Source: [Clostridium] scindens (GTDB lineage: Bacteria; Bacillota; Clostridia; Lachnospirales; Lachnospiraceae). From it: a stretch of 32,000 nt of DNA. Positions 8,608-17,634 of this stretch are shown here, one piece after another. Every line of letters begins with the position of its first letter. The first letter of the stretch is position 1. The DNA lies in NCBI RefSeq assembly GCF_019597925.1, contig NZ_CP080442.1, positions 69,678 to 101,677 of the forward strand. Reading direction: 5' to 3'. A program made the translations under genes and the position numbers. The notes beneath the pieces were generated by a model. That model had not been told where the DNA came from. It did not search any database and saw nothing but the letters and a program-made list of their open reading frames with translations.

Positions 8608-10521
8608 ATGGATAAACAGAAGTACTATATTACGACAGCCATTGCTTATACATCGGGGAAGCCGCACATTGGGAACACGTATGAGATCGTGCTTGCGGAT
8701 GCGATCGCCAGATATAAGAGAAGCCAGGGGTACGATGTATTCTTCCAGACCGGCACGGACGAGCATGGGCAGAAGATCGAGTTGAAGGCAGAAGAGGCAG
8801 GGGTTACGCCAAAAGAATTTGTAGATGGAGTTGCCGGACAGATTCAGACGATCTGGGATCTGATGAATACGTCCTATGACAAATTTATCCGTACCACGGA
8901 CGCTGACCATGAAAAGCAGGTTCAGAAGATATTTAAGAAATTATATGACCAGGGGGATATTTACAAAGGATATTACGAGGGAATGTACTGCACGCCCTGC
9001 GAGTCCTTCTTTACCGAGTCCCAGCTGGTGGACGGCAAGTGTCCTGACTGCGGCCGCGAAGTGCAGCCGGCAAAGGAAGAAGCGTACTTCTTTAAGATGA
9101 GCAAATACGCGGATCGTCTGATCGAGCATATTAACAGCCATCCGGAATTTATCCAGCCGGTATCAAGGAAGAATGAGATGATGAACAACTTCCTGCTTCC
9201 GGGACTGCAGGATCTGTGCGTATCCAGGACATCCTTCAAATGGGGAATCCCGGTAGACTTCGATCCGGAGCATGTGGTATACGTGTGGCTGGACGCGCTG
9301 ACCAACTACATCACGGGCATCGGCTACGACTGTGATGGAGAGAGCACGGAGCAGTTCAAGAAGGACTGGCCGGCGGATCTGCACCTGATCGGAAAGGATA
9401 TCATCCGCTTCCATACCATTTACTGGCCAATCTTCTTGATGGCGCTGGATCTGCCGCTTCCAAAGCAGATATTCGGCCACCCGTGGCTATTACAAGGCGA
9501 CGGCAAGATGAGCAAATCCAAGGGAAACGTACTCTATGCGGATGAACTGGTAGACTTCTTCGGCGTAGACGCGGTGCGTTACTTCGTGCTTCATGAGATG
9601 CCATTTGAAAATGACGGCGTGATCTCCTGGGAACTTATGGTGGAGCGCATGAATTCAGATCTTGCCAATACCTTGGGCAACCTGGTGAACCGGACCATCT
9701 CCATGACCAACAAGTATTTTGACGGCGCTGTCACGGATAAGAAAGTGGCGGATGACGAGGACGCAAAGGCCGTGGACGCAGACCTTAAGGCGGTCACGGA
9801 GAATACGCCAAAGGCCGTGGAGGCTAAGATGGATGAACTACGGGTAGCGGACGCCATCACAGAGATTTTCAATCTGTTCAAACGCTGCAACAAATATATA
9901 GACGAGACCATGCCATGGGCGCTGGCGAAAGACGAGTCTAAAAAAGACCGCCTGGAGACGGTGCTTTACAACCTGCTGGAAAGCATCAAGGCAGGCGCCG
10001 TGCTGCTGGAATCCTTCATGCCAGACACCTCCGCCAAGATTCTGGCGCAGCTGGGCGACGGCAAAGTAACCGATAAGCCGGAGATTCTCTTTGCAAGACT
10101 CGACATAGACGAAGTCATGAAGAAGGTAGAAGAACTCCATCCTCCGGTTGCTGAAGAAGTAGCAGAGGAAGAAGTCATTGATATCGAGGCAAAGCCAGAG
10201 ATTACATTTGAAGAATTCGGCAAGATGCAGTTCCAGGTGGGCGAGATCATCGCCTGCGAGGAAGTGAAGAAGTCAAAGAAGCTGCTGTGTTCCCAGGTGA
10301 AAGTGGGAAGCCAGGTGAAGCAGATCGTATCCGGAATCAAGGCGCATTACTCTGCAGAAGAGATGGTCGGCAAGAAAGTCATGGTGCTTGTGAACCTTAA
10401 GCCGGCAAAACTGGCAGGAGTATTATCCGAAGGAATGCTGCTGTGCGCGGAAGACGCAGAAGGCAATCTGGCGCTGATGACCCCGGAAAAAGAAATGCCG
10501 GCTGGCGCACAGATCAGTTAA
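8608..10521 (+). CDS. metG: Methionine--tRNA ligase with a C-terminal tRNA-binding (Trbp111/EMAP-like) domain
   Basis: Start chosen at ATG 8608 (MDKQKYYITTAIAYTSGKPHIGN), after the RBS GGAGAGG. HIGH-type motif KPHIGN, KMSKS motif and zinc knuckles CTPCE/CPDCG. The ORF-track start at 8437 would read through the leader terminator. Confidence 0.95.
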   Translation: MDKQKYYITTAIAYTSGKPHIGNTYEIVLADAIARYKRSQGYDVFFQTGTDEHGQKIELKAEEAGVTPKEFVDGVAGQIQTIWDLMNTSYDKFIRTTDADHEKQVQKIFKKLYDQGDIYKGYYEGMYCTPCESFFTESQLVDGKCPDCGREVQPAKEEAYFFKMSKYADRLIEHINSHPEFIQPVSRKNEMMNNFLLPGLQDLCVSRTSFKWGIPVDFDPEHVVYVWLDALTNYITGIGYDCDGESTEQFKKDWPADLHLIGKDIIRFHTIYWPIFLMALDLPLPKQIFGHPWLLQGDGKMSKSKGNVLYADELVDFFGVDAVRYFVLHEMPFENDGVISWELMVERMNSDLANTLGNLVNRTISMTNKYFDGAVTDKKVADDEDAKAVDADLKAVTENTPKAVEAKMDELRVADAITEIFNLFKRCNKYIDETMPWALAKDESKKDRLETVLYNLLESIKAGAVLLESFMPDTSAKILAQLGDGKVTDKPEILFARLDIDEVMKKVEELHPPVAEEVAEEEVIDIEAKPEITFEEFGKMQFQVGEIIACEEVKKSKKLLCSQVKVGSQVKQIVSGIKAHYSAEEMVGKKVMVLVNLKPAKLAGVLSEGMLLCAEDAEGNLALMTPEKEMPAGAQIS

Positions 10522-10564
10522 AATCTTCAAACAATAACAAAAAGGGACAGGATATGATGCAAAG

Positions 10565-10599
10565 TGACACGTAACACTTTTTAAAAGTGTTACGTGTCA
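10565..10599. promoter_or_regulatory. Perfect 17-bp-arm palindrome (TGACACGTAACACTTTT t AAAAGTGTTACGTGTCA) just upstream of the ddh RBS; candidate operator or RNA hairpin
   Basis: Inverted repeat read directly from the sequence. No flanking U-tract on either strand. A possible -10 TATGAT lies about 15 nt upstream. Confidence 0.5.
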
Positions 10600-10622
10600 A
10601 ATTAACAAAGGAGATGAAGAAT

Positions 10623-11609
10623 ATGGATAAAATCAGAATTGGTATCGTGGGATATGGCAACATTGGCAGAGGCGTGGAGAAGGCCATCGCCCGCAACGAG
10701 GATATGGAACTGACGGCTGTATTTACGAGAAGAGACCCTTCAGGCGTAAAGATTGCAACCGAGGGTGTTGAGGTAAAGCATATCGATGACATGTTATCCA
10801 TGAAGGATAAAATTGATGTGATGATGCTCTGCGGAGGCTCTGCGACGGATCTTCCGGTAATGGGGCCCCAGATCGTCCAGAATTTTAATACAATTGACAG
10901 TTTTGATACCCATGCCAGAATCCCGGAATATTTTGCAAATGTGGATAAAGCGGCAAAATCCGGTGGACATGTAGGAATCATCTCTGTGGGCTGGGATCCG
11001 GGAATGTTCTCGTTAAACCGCCTGTATGCAGAGTCCATCCTGGTACAGGGAAGCACCTATACATTCTGGGGAAAGGGCGTAAGCCAGGGGCATTCTGACG
11101 CCATCCGGCGCGTGGAAGGCGTAAAGAATGCCATCCAGTATACCGTGCCGGTTGAGGACGCCGTGGAACGCGTAAGGAGCGGAAGCGAGCCGCAGCTTAC
11201 CACAAGGGACAAGCATCTGCGGGAATGCTATGTAGTGCCGGAAGAAGGGGCAGACCTTAAGAAGATTGAAGAGACCATCAAGACAATGCCGAATTATTTT
11301 GATGATTATGATACGACGGTTACCTTTATCACAGAGGAAGAGCTGAAAGAGAACCACAGCAAGATGCCTCATGGCGGATTTGTAATCCGAAGCGGCGAGA
11401 CGGGGACGGATGGAAGCAAGCATATTATCGAATATTCCCTGAAACTGGATTCTAATCCAGAATTCACGGCCAGCGTGCTCGTGTGCTATGCAAGAGCTGC
11501 CTATCGTCTGGCGAAGGCAGGCGAGACAGGGGCAAAGACGGTATTCGATATCGCTCCGGCGCTTTTATCTATGAAGACGCCGGAACAGCTGCGCGCCGAG
11601 TTGCTGTAA
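10623..11609 (+). CDS. ddh: meso-Diaminopimelate D-dehydrogenase
   Basis: Start at ATG 10623 (MDKIRIGIVGYGNIGRGVEKAI), after the RBS AAAGGAG. Strong likeness to Corynebacterium Ddh motifs (GWDPGMFS, FWGKGVSQGHSDAIRR, MPHGGFV, NPEFTAS). Confidence 0.9.
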   Translation: MDKIRIGIVGYGNIGRGVEKAIARNEDMELTAVFTRRDPSGVKIATEGVEVKHIDDMLSMKDKIDVMMLCGGSATDLPVMGPQIVQNFNTIDSFDTHARIPEYFANVDKAAKSGGHVGIISVGWDPGMFSLNRLYAESILVQGSTYTFWGKGVSQGHSDAIRRVEGVKNAIQYTVPVEDAVERVRSGSEPQLTTRDKHLRECYVVPEEGADLKKIEETIKTMPNYFDDYDTTVTFITEEELKENHSKMPHGGFVIRSGETGTDGSKHIIEYSLKLDSNPEFTASVLVCYARAAYRLAKAGETGAKTVFDIAPALLSMKTPEQLRAELL

Positions 11610-11628
11610 CAGCAGGTTTGGAGGAGAC

Positions 11629-12390
11629 ATGATATTCGAGACACATGCACATTATGATGACGAGCAATTTGATGAGGACCGCAGGGAACTCCTGGAATCC
11701 ATGGCAGCGGGAGGCGTAGGCACGATCGTAAATGTAAGCGCTACTTATGAATCCTGCCAAAAGGTAGTAGATATGGTCCAGGAATATCCCTTCATGTATG
11801 CTGCTGTGGGCGTCCACCCGGATAATGTGGGCAGCCTGAATGAAGAGACGTTTGCAAGCATGAAGGAGTTATTCCGGAAGGATAAGGTAGTGGCGGTTGG
11901 CGAGATCGGCCTTGACTATTATTGGGACAACGAGTCCCATGAGACGCAGAAGGAATGGTATGTCCGCCAGCTGGACTTGGCCAGGGAACTGGATCTTCCG
12001 GTCCTGATCCACAGCCGGGACGCGGCGGCAGATACGATGCAGATTATGAAAGAGCACGCACAAGGGCTTAAAGGCGTGATCCACTGCTACTCCTACTCCA
12101 TGGAAATGGCAAAGGAGTATGTGAAGATGGGCTTCTACATCGGAGTAGGCGGAGTCGTTACGTTCAAAAACGGAAGAAGGCTTAAGGAAACGGTGGAAGC
12201 GATACCGCTGGAATCCATCCTTCTTGAGACGGATTGTCCATATCTTGCGCCCGAGCCGTTTAGAGGCAAACGCAATAACTCTATGTATATCAAGTATGTG
12301 GCAGAGGAGATTGCAGGGCTGAAAGGAACGACTTATGAAGAGGTCGTGGCGCAGACGGAGGAAAATGCTAGGAAAATGTATCGCTTATAA
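11629..12390 (+). CDS. tatD: TatD-family metal-dependent hydrolase (YabD-like)
   Basis: 253 aa. MIFETHAHYDD, EIGLDYYW, HSRDA and ETDCPYLAP motifs. Follows metG, as in the Bacillus metS-yabD arrangement. Confidence 0.9.
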   Translation: MIFETHAHYDDEQFDEDRRELLESMAAGGVGTIVNVSATYESCQKVVDMVQEYPFMYAAVGVHPDNVGSLNEETFASMKELFRKDKVVAVGEIGLDYYWDNESHETQKEWYVRQLDLARELDLPVLIHSRDAAADTMQIMKEHAQGLKGVIHCYSYSMEMAKEYVKMGFYIGVGGVVTFKNGRRLKETVEAIPLESILLETDCPYLAPEPFRGKRNNSMYIKYVAEEIAGLKGTTYEEVVAQTEENARKMYRL

Positions 12391-12410
12391 ATCATTAAAA
12401 AATCAGAAAG

Positions 12411-12437
12411 CGGATGGCTCTTTATGCCATCCGTTTC
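12411..12437 (+). terminator. Intrinsic terminator after tatD
   Basis: Stem CGGATGGC / GCCATCCG with a 7-nt loop, followed by TTTCATC. Confidence 0.6.
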
Positions 12438-12580
12438 ATCATCAACAGCGGGTCAGAGGACCGGCGGCTGTCTCTGAAAATTCATATTTTCTTAATATTA
12501 TTTTATTTTTTTGTATATCATAAAAGCCCAGAGTATTGTATAATAATGAATATTACACAGGACTGGGGGAGTAAAGTTTC

Positions 12581-13456
12581 ATGAGCAGGCCGACTTTGGG
12601 GAATCCGCAGAATACCATCGAGATCTTACAGAAATATCAGTTTACATTTCAGAAAAAATTCGGTCAGAACTTCTTAATTGATACCCACGTATTAGACAAA
12701 ATTATCCGTGCCGCTGACATCGGCAAAGAAGACATGGTGCTGGAGATAGGGCCAGGCATTGGTACGATGACGCAGTATCTGGCAGAAGCAGCGGGAAAGG
12801 TGATCGCAGTAGAGATTGACAAGAACTTGATACCCATTCTATCAGATACGCTAAGCGGGTATGAGAATGTGCAGATTATCAATGAGGATGTACTAAAACT
12901 GGATATTCAAAGGCTTGTGGAGGAAGAAAATGCCGGGCGGCCGATCAAGGTCGTGGCCAACCTCCCTTATTACATTACGACTCCGATTATTATGGGGCTA
13001 TTTGAGAGCCATGTGCCGCTTTACAGCGTTACCGTCATGGTACAGAAGGAAGTGGCGGACCGTATGCAGACAGGGCCGGGCAACAAGGATTACGGCGCGC
13101 TGTCATTGGCGGTCCAGTATTATGCCGAGCCTTATATTGTGGCAAATGTGCCGCCCAACTGCTTTATGCCAAGGCCGAAGGTGGGGTCTGCGGTGATACG
13201 GCTTACACGGCATGAGAAGCCGCCGGTGGAAGTAGAAGATGAAAGACTGCTATTTGATATAATCCGAGCGTCATTTAACCAGCGGCGCAAGACGCTGGCG
13301 AATGGGCTGAACAACTCGGACAGGCTGGATATTCCCAAGGAGGCGATCACAGAAGCCATCCAGCAGCTGGGAAAGGGGCCGTCCGTCAGGGGAGAGACGC
13401 TGACGCTTGAAGAATTTGCAAAGTTAAGCAATAGTTTGTGGCAATATATGCAGTAG
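12581..13456 (+). CDS. rsmA: 16S rRNA (adenine1518/1519-N6)-dimethyltransferase
   Basis: 291 aa. FGQNFLID and EIGPGIGTMT SAM-binding motifs, and NLPYYITTPI. A candidate -10 TATAAT lies at 12539-12544 upstream. Confidence 0.93.
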   Translation: MSRPTLGNPQNTIEILQKYQFTFQKKFGQNFLIDTHVLDKIIRAADIGKEDMVLEIGPGIGTMTQYLAEAAGKVIAVEIDKNLIPILSDTLSGYENVQIINEDVLKLDIQRLVEEENAGRPIKVVANLPYYITTPIIMGLFESHVPLYSVTVMVQKEVADRMQTGPGNKDYGALSLAVQYYAEPYIVANVPPNCFMPRPKVGSAVIRLTRHEKPPVEVEDERLLFDIIRASFNQRRKTLANGLNNSDRLDIPKEAITEAIQQLGKGPSVRGETLTLEEFAKLSNSLWQYMQ

Positions 13457-13515
13457 GGCTATTGACTTTACTATAATAACCTGAAACACAACAACGAACA
13501 GAAAGGATGATGACT

Positions 13516-14886
13516 ATGGCGACAAAGAGAGAGTATGCATTGTTTGAGATCACACCGGAGATTGAGCATTTTGCCCAACTTTGCGAAGACAATAATGCAA
13601 TTGATAAGGAACTGTACACGAAGTACGAGGTAAAGAGGGGCCTGCGTGATGTGAACGGCAAGGGCGTCCTGGCCGGACTTACGAATATATCAGACGTATG
13701 CGCCACCAAGATCGAAGATGGCAAGGAAGTCCCGTGCGCAGGCAACTTATACTACCGTGGCTACAATATCAAGGATCTGGTACAGGGATTTTTAAAAGAT
13801 GAACATTACGGATTCGAAGAGATCGCATATCTTTTACTGTTCGGAGAACTGCCGAATGAGAAGGAACTGTCTATGTTCCATGAGACGCTGGTAGAACGGC
13901 GCACGCTGCCGCCTACATTTGTAAGAGACGTAATCATGAAGGCGCCAAGCCGGGACATGATGAACAGCCTGTCCCGCTCCATATTGAATCTGTATACTTA
14001 TGACGCCAAAGCGGACGACACATCCATACCGAATGTGCTGCGCCAGTGCTTGAACCTGATCAGCCAGTTTCCGATGCTGATGGTCTATGGATACCACGCA
14101 TATAATTACCGTATGGGGGATGATCTGTTTATCTATGCGCCGTCCCCGGAACTGTCCACAGCAGAGAATATCTTGATGATGCTCAGGGAAGACCGCAAGT
14201 ATACGAAGCTGGAAGCCAAGATCCTGGACATGGCCCTCGTGCTTCACATGGATCATGGCGGCGGTAATAACTCCACGTTTACCACCCATGTCGTCACGTC
14301 ATCCGGCACCGATACATATTCCACTATTGCCGCGGCCATGGCGTCCCTTAAGGGGCCAAAGCACGGCGGTGCGAACATCAAGGTAACTCAGATGTTTGAA
14401 GACATGAAGGAAAATCTTTCTGACTGGGAAGACAAAGATGAAGTGCGCAAGTATCTGAACGACTTGCTGGAGAAAAAGGCATTTGACAAGAAGGGGCTGA
14501 TCTATGGAATGGGCCATGCGATCTACTCCGTATCTGACCCAAGAGCTGATATCTTCAAAGTGTTCGTAAAGCAGCTGGCGAAGGAAAAGGGATACGAAAA
14601 AGAATACGCCCTGTATGAGATGGTGGAGCATATGGCTCCGGAAGTGATTGCTGAGAAACGCAAGATATATAAAGGCGTGAATGCTAATGTAGACTTTTAC
14701 AGCGGACTGGTATACGGCATGCTGGATCTGCCGCCGTCATTATACACGCCGATATTCGCGGCAGCGCGTATTGTAGGATGGAGCGCCCACAGGCTGGAAG
14801 AGTTAAAGAACGTAGACAAGATCATACGTCCGGCTTATAAGCCGCTGGCGGCCCACAGAGATTATATCAGAATGGAAGACAGATAG
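13516..14886 (+). CDS. Citrate synthase (Si-type family)
   Basis: ORF 13507-14886. ATG 13516 is best spaced from the RBS GAAAGGA. Motifs LHMDHGGGNNSTF, GPKHGGAN, GMGHAIYSVSDPRA and NVDFYSG. Confidence 0.9.
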   Translation: MATKREYALFEITPEIEHFAQLCEDNNAIDKELYTKYEVKRGLRDVNGKGVLAGLTNISDVCATKIEDGKEVPCAGNLYYRGYNIKDLVQGFLKDEHYGFEEIAYLLLFGELPNEKELSMFHETLVERRTLPPTFVRDVIMKAPSRDMMNSLSRSILNLYTYDAKADDTSIPNVLRQCLNLISQFPMLMVYGYHAYNYRMGDDLFIYAPSPELSTAENILMMLREDRKYTKLEAKILDMALVLHMDHGGGNNSTFTTHVVTSSGTDTYSTIAAAMASLKGPKHGGANIKVTQMFEDMKENLSDWEDKDEVRKYLNDLLEKKAFDKKGLIYGMGHAIYSVSDPRADIFKVFVKQLAKEKGYEKEYALYEMVEHMAPEVIAEKRKIYKGVNANVDFYSGLVYGMLDLPPSLYTPIFAAARIVGWSAHRLEELKNVDKIIRPAYKPLAAHRDYIRMEDR

Positions 14887-15825
14887 ATGGAAAATGAGTT
14901 TTACTACCCCTCCAGAGATGGCAAGACCCAGATCCACGCGATGGAATGGGTGCCGGAGGGAGAGATAAAAGGCGTGCTGCAGATCTGCCACGGCATGGTC
15001 GAATATATAAAGAGGTACCGGGAACTGGGCGAATATCTGGCAGAACGCGGGTATTATGTGACCGGCCATGACCATCTGGGACACGGGCAGTCTGTGCAAA
15101 GCGAAGCCGATTATGGATATTTTGATGAGACAAAAGGCAACCAGTATGTAATAGGCGACATACATAGGCTGAGGGAGATTACGATGGAGAAATTCCCGGA
15201 TGCGCCTTATTACATGCTGGGGCACAGCATGGGTTCGTTCCTGCTCAGGCAGTACCTGACCTTATATGGCAAAGGGCTGGCTGGAGCCATTGTCATGGGA
15301 ACCGGCTATCAGGGCACGCTGATACTTTCGGCTGGACAGTGCATCTGCCGTATTATCGCTGCGTTCAAGGGATGGAAATACCGGAGCAAGTTCGTAGACC
15401 GGCTTAGTTTCGGCGGATATAACAAGAGATTCGAGCCTGGAGAGACTTCCAAGGAATGGATCACCAGCGATAAGGAAAGGTGCCGGAAGTACGCGGAGGA
15501 TCCTCTGTGCTCCTTCATGTTTACCTTAGGCGCATATTATCAGATGTTTGAAGGGATGAAGGCGCTGACCAGGGACGAAAGCATGGAGCACATTCCAAAA
15601 GACCTTCCTATGCTGTTTGTGTCCGGCAAGGACGATCCGGTAGGCGGATTTGGCAAAGGCGTAGAAAAGGTATTCGCCAAGTATAAAGACGCCGGAATGC
15701 AGAAGATATCTATGCATCTGTATGAGGGTGACCGGCATGAGATATTAAACGAGACAGACCGGGAACAGGTGTATGATGACCTGTTCCAGTGGATGGAAGA
15801 TCAGAAAGGAGCGCGGCAATTTTAA
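14887..15825 (+). CDS. Alpha/beta hydrolase (lysophospholipase / monoacylglycerol-lipase-like)
   Basis: 312 aa. Nucleophile elbow GHSMGS, HG oxyanion motif (ICHGMVEY) and C-terminal DRHEILNE. The start abuts the citrate synthase stop. Confidence 0.8.
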   Translation: MENEFYYPSRDGKTQIHAMEWVPEGEIKGVLQICHGMVEYIKRYRELGEYLAERGYYVTGHDHLGHGQSVQSEADYGYFDETKGNQYVIGDIHRLREITMEKFPDAPYYMLGHSMGSFLLRQYLTLYGKGLAGAIVMGTGYQGTLILSAGQCICRIIAAFKGWKYRSKFVDRLSFGGYNKRFEPGETSKEWITSDKERCRKYAEDPLCSFMFTLGAYYQMFEGMKALTRDESMEHIPKDLPMLFVSGKDDPVGGFGKGVEKVFAKYKDAGMQKISMHLYEGDRHEILNETDREQVYDDLFQWMEDQKGARQF

Positions 15826-15845
15826 GGTGCCGCGCTCCTTTGACC
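15808..15845 (+). terminator. Intrinsic terminator overlapping the hydrolase stop codon
   Basis: 10-bp stem GGAGCGCGGC / GCCGCGCTCC (15808-15817 and 15829-15838) followed by TTTG. Confidence 0.65.
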
Positions 15846-15904
15846 GAAAAAAATAAGGCGTCCATGGGGATGATTCGAATTTTTTTCGAAAATGTGATGA
15901 AACA

Positions 15905-15933
15905 TTGACAATGAATAATTGAAAGAATAGAAT
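15905..15933 (+). promoter_or_regulatory. Near-consensus sigma-A promoter
   Basis: TTGACA (15905-15910), a 17-nt spacer, then TAGAAT (15928-15933). Confidence 0.6.
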
Positions 15934-15949
15934 AAACTCAAAATATAAG

Positions 15950-15996
15950 GGTACACAGACAAAGGCGTCGGAACTTTGTCTGCGTGCCTTTTTTTG
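15950..15996 (+). terminator. Strong intrinsic terminator or attenuator hairpin in the dat leader
   Basis: 15-bp stem (15950-15964 pairing with 15974-15988, one A/C mismatch and one G-U), a 9-nt loop, then a T7 run at 15989-15995. It sits about 10 nt after the predicted TSS and 20 nt before the dat RBS. Confidence 0.7.
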
Positions 15997-16028
15997 TTGC
16001 ATAAACTATGAATTTGGAGGAAGAAAAG

Positions 16029-16874
16029 ATGAAAACATTGGGCTATTATAACGGTAAATTTGGCGAACTTGAGGACATGAGCATTCCGATGAACGACCGC
16101 GTATGCTGGTTTGGCGACGGCGTCTATGACGCAGGGCCGTCCAGAAATTATAAGATATTCGCGATGGATGAACATGTAGACAGATTCTTTAACAGCGCAG
16201 GCCTGTTAGACATAAAGATGCCGATGTCGAAGGAAGAATTAAAGGCGCTCCTGCAGGAGATGGTAGATAAGATGGATACGGGAAACCTGTTTGTATACTA
16301 CCAGGCAACCAGGGGGACAGGAATCCGCAATCACGCATATACAAAAGGACCGGCCAACCTGTGGATCATGCTGAAGCCGGCAGAGATATCCGACGGAAAA
16401 GAACCTATAAAATTGATTACCTGCGAAGATACAAGATTCCTACACTGCAACATAAAGACCTTGAATCTGATTCCTTCCGTGGTGGCGACGCAGAAAGCCC
16501 AGGATGCCGGATGCCAGGAGGCAGTATTCTACCGTGCAGGAGGGCGGGTGACAGAATGCGCGCATAGCAATGTACATATTATCCAGGACGGCAAACTTGT
16601 GACAGCCCCAACCGATAACCTGATTCTTCCGGGAATCGCGAGAGCGCATATCATCAAAGCCTGCAAGAAACTCGGAATTCCGGTAAGCGAGACGCCATAT
16701 ACGCTGGATGATCTTTTTAAAGCGGAAGAAGTAATCGTATCAAGTTCCAGCAATCTCTGCTTGTATGCCAATGAGATTGACGGCAGGGCGGTAGGCGGAA
16801 AGAATCCGGAATTGCTGGAGAACATCCGCAGCGAAGTACTGAATGAATTTTATGAGGCTACAGAAGCAGAATAA
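16029..16874 (+). CDS. dat: D-amino-acid (D-alanine) aminotransferase, PLP fold-type IV
   Basis: Start at ATG 16029, after the RBS GGAGG. Motifs FGDGVYD, YYQATRG, and RFLHCNIKTLNL (compare Bacillus Dat RWLRCDIKSLNL). Confidence 0.8.
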   Translation: MKTLGYYNGKFGELEDMSIPMNDRVCWFGDGVYDAGPSRNYKIFAMDEHVDRFFNSAGLLDIKMPMSKEELKALLQEMVDKMDTGNLFVYYQATRGTGIRNHAYTKGPANLWIMLKPAEISDGKEPIKLITCEDTRFLHCNIKTLNLIPSVVATQKAQDAGCQEAVFYRAGGRVTECAHSNVHIIQDGKLVTAPTDNLILPGIARAHIIKACKKLGIPVSETPYTLDDLFKAEEVIVSSSSNLCLYANEIDGRAVGGKNPELLENIRSEVLNEFYEATEAE

Positions 16875-16893
16875 CAGACGGAAGGGTGAAGTC

Positions 16894-17634
16894 ATGGGAG
16901 AGATTAGATTTATGGCGGCAGGAGACAGGGCTATGGTGGCGGAGTTTGGAAATGTGATTGACAATGCCGTCAATAACAAGATTCATCTCCTGGCCGCAAG
17001 GATTACGGCAGAACATCTGCCGGGGATAGAAGAACTGGTTCCGACATTTCGGTCCCTGATGATATATTACGATCCTCTGTACACTTCCTTTGGAGAGTTA
17101 AGACAGAGGATAGAGGCATTGGGGAGCATTTCCGGAGAGGCGGTCAGAAAGAAGAAGCGTATTCTTAAGATTCCCTGCTGTTATGGGGCGCGATTCGGGC
17201 TGGATCTAAGAAGCATGGAAGCGTATACCGGGCTCGACCGGGACGAGATTATAGACATCCACAGTTCCGTGGACTACAAGATCTATATGATGGGCTTTCT
17301 TCCTGGTTTCGTATATCTAGGCGGTCTGGATAAAAGGATTGAGATGCCAAGACTTGAGACGCCTCGCGTGAAGATACTTCCCGGGGCGGTAGGGATCGGA
17401 GGAGGCCAGACTGGCATATATCCGCTGGCGTCTCCGGGTGGCTGGAGGCTGATGGGAGGAACCCCTGTCGACTTCTATGATCCGGACAGAAAAGAGCCAA
17501 TCCTTTGCAAGGCCGGAGAATACATACGTTTTGTACCAATTACCATCGGCGATTATTATGAGATCCGCCATCAGGTAGTAAAAGGAGACTATCAGGTAGA
17601 AATTGTGGAAGAAGGTGAAGAAGGATGTCCATAA
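16894..17634 (+). CDS. pxpB: 5-oxoprolinase subunit B (KipI / allophanate hydrolase subunit 1 family)
   Basis: Start at ATG 16894 (MGEIRFMAAGDRAMVAEFG). Motifs MMGFLPGFVYLGGLD and GIYPLASPGGW. Confidence 0.85.
   Translation: MGEIRFMAAGDRAMVAEFGNVIDNAVNNKIHLLAARITAEHLPGIEELVPTFRSLMIYYDPLYTSFGELRQRIEALGSISGEAVRKKKRILKIPCCYGARFGLDLRSMEAYTGLDRDEIIDIHSSVDYKIYMMGFLPGFVYLGGLDKRIEMPRLETPRVKILPGAVGIGGGQTGIYPLASPGGWRLMGGTPVDFYDPDRKEPILCKAGEYIRFVPITIGDYYEIRHQVVKGDYQVEIVEEGEEGCP

Noticed and set aside
10587-10622. GTG start at 10587 for ddh.
   Set aside because: It lies inside the 35-bp palindrome and upstream of the AAAGGAG RBS. The Ddh N-terminal Rossmann motif begins at the ATG at 10623.
15866-15886. 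TTCGAA-T7-... TTCGAA palindromic stretch downstream of the hydrolase terminator.
   Set aside because: It is only a 6-bp AT-rich self-complementary word repeated once, which is expected by chance in an AT-rich spacer.
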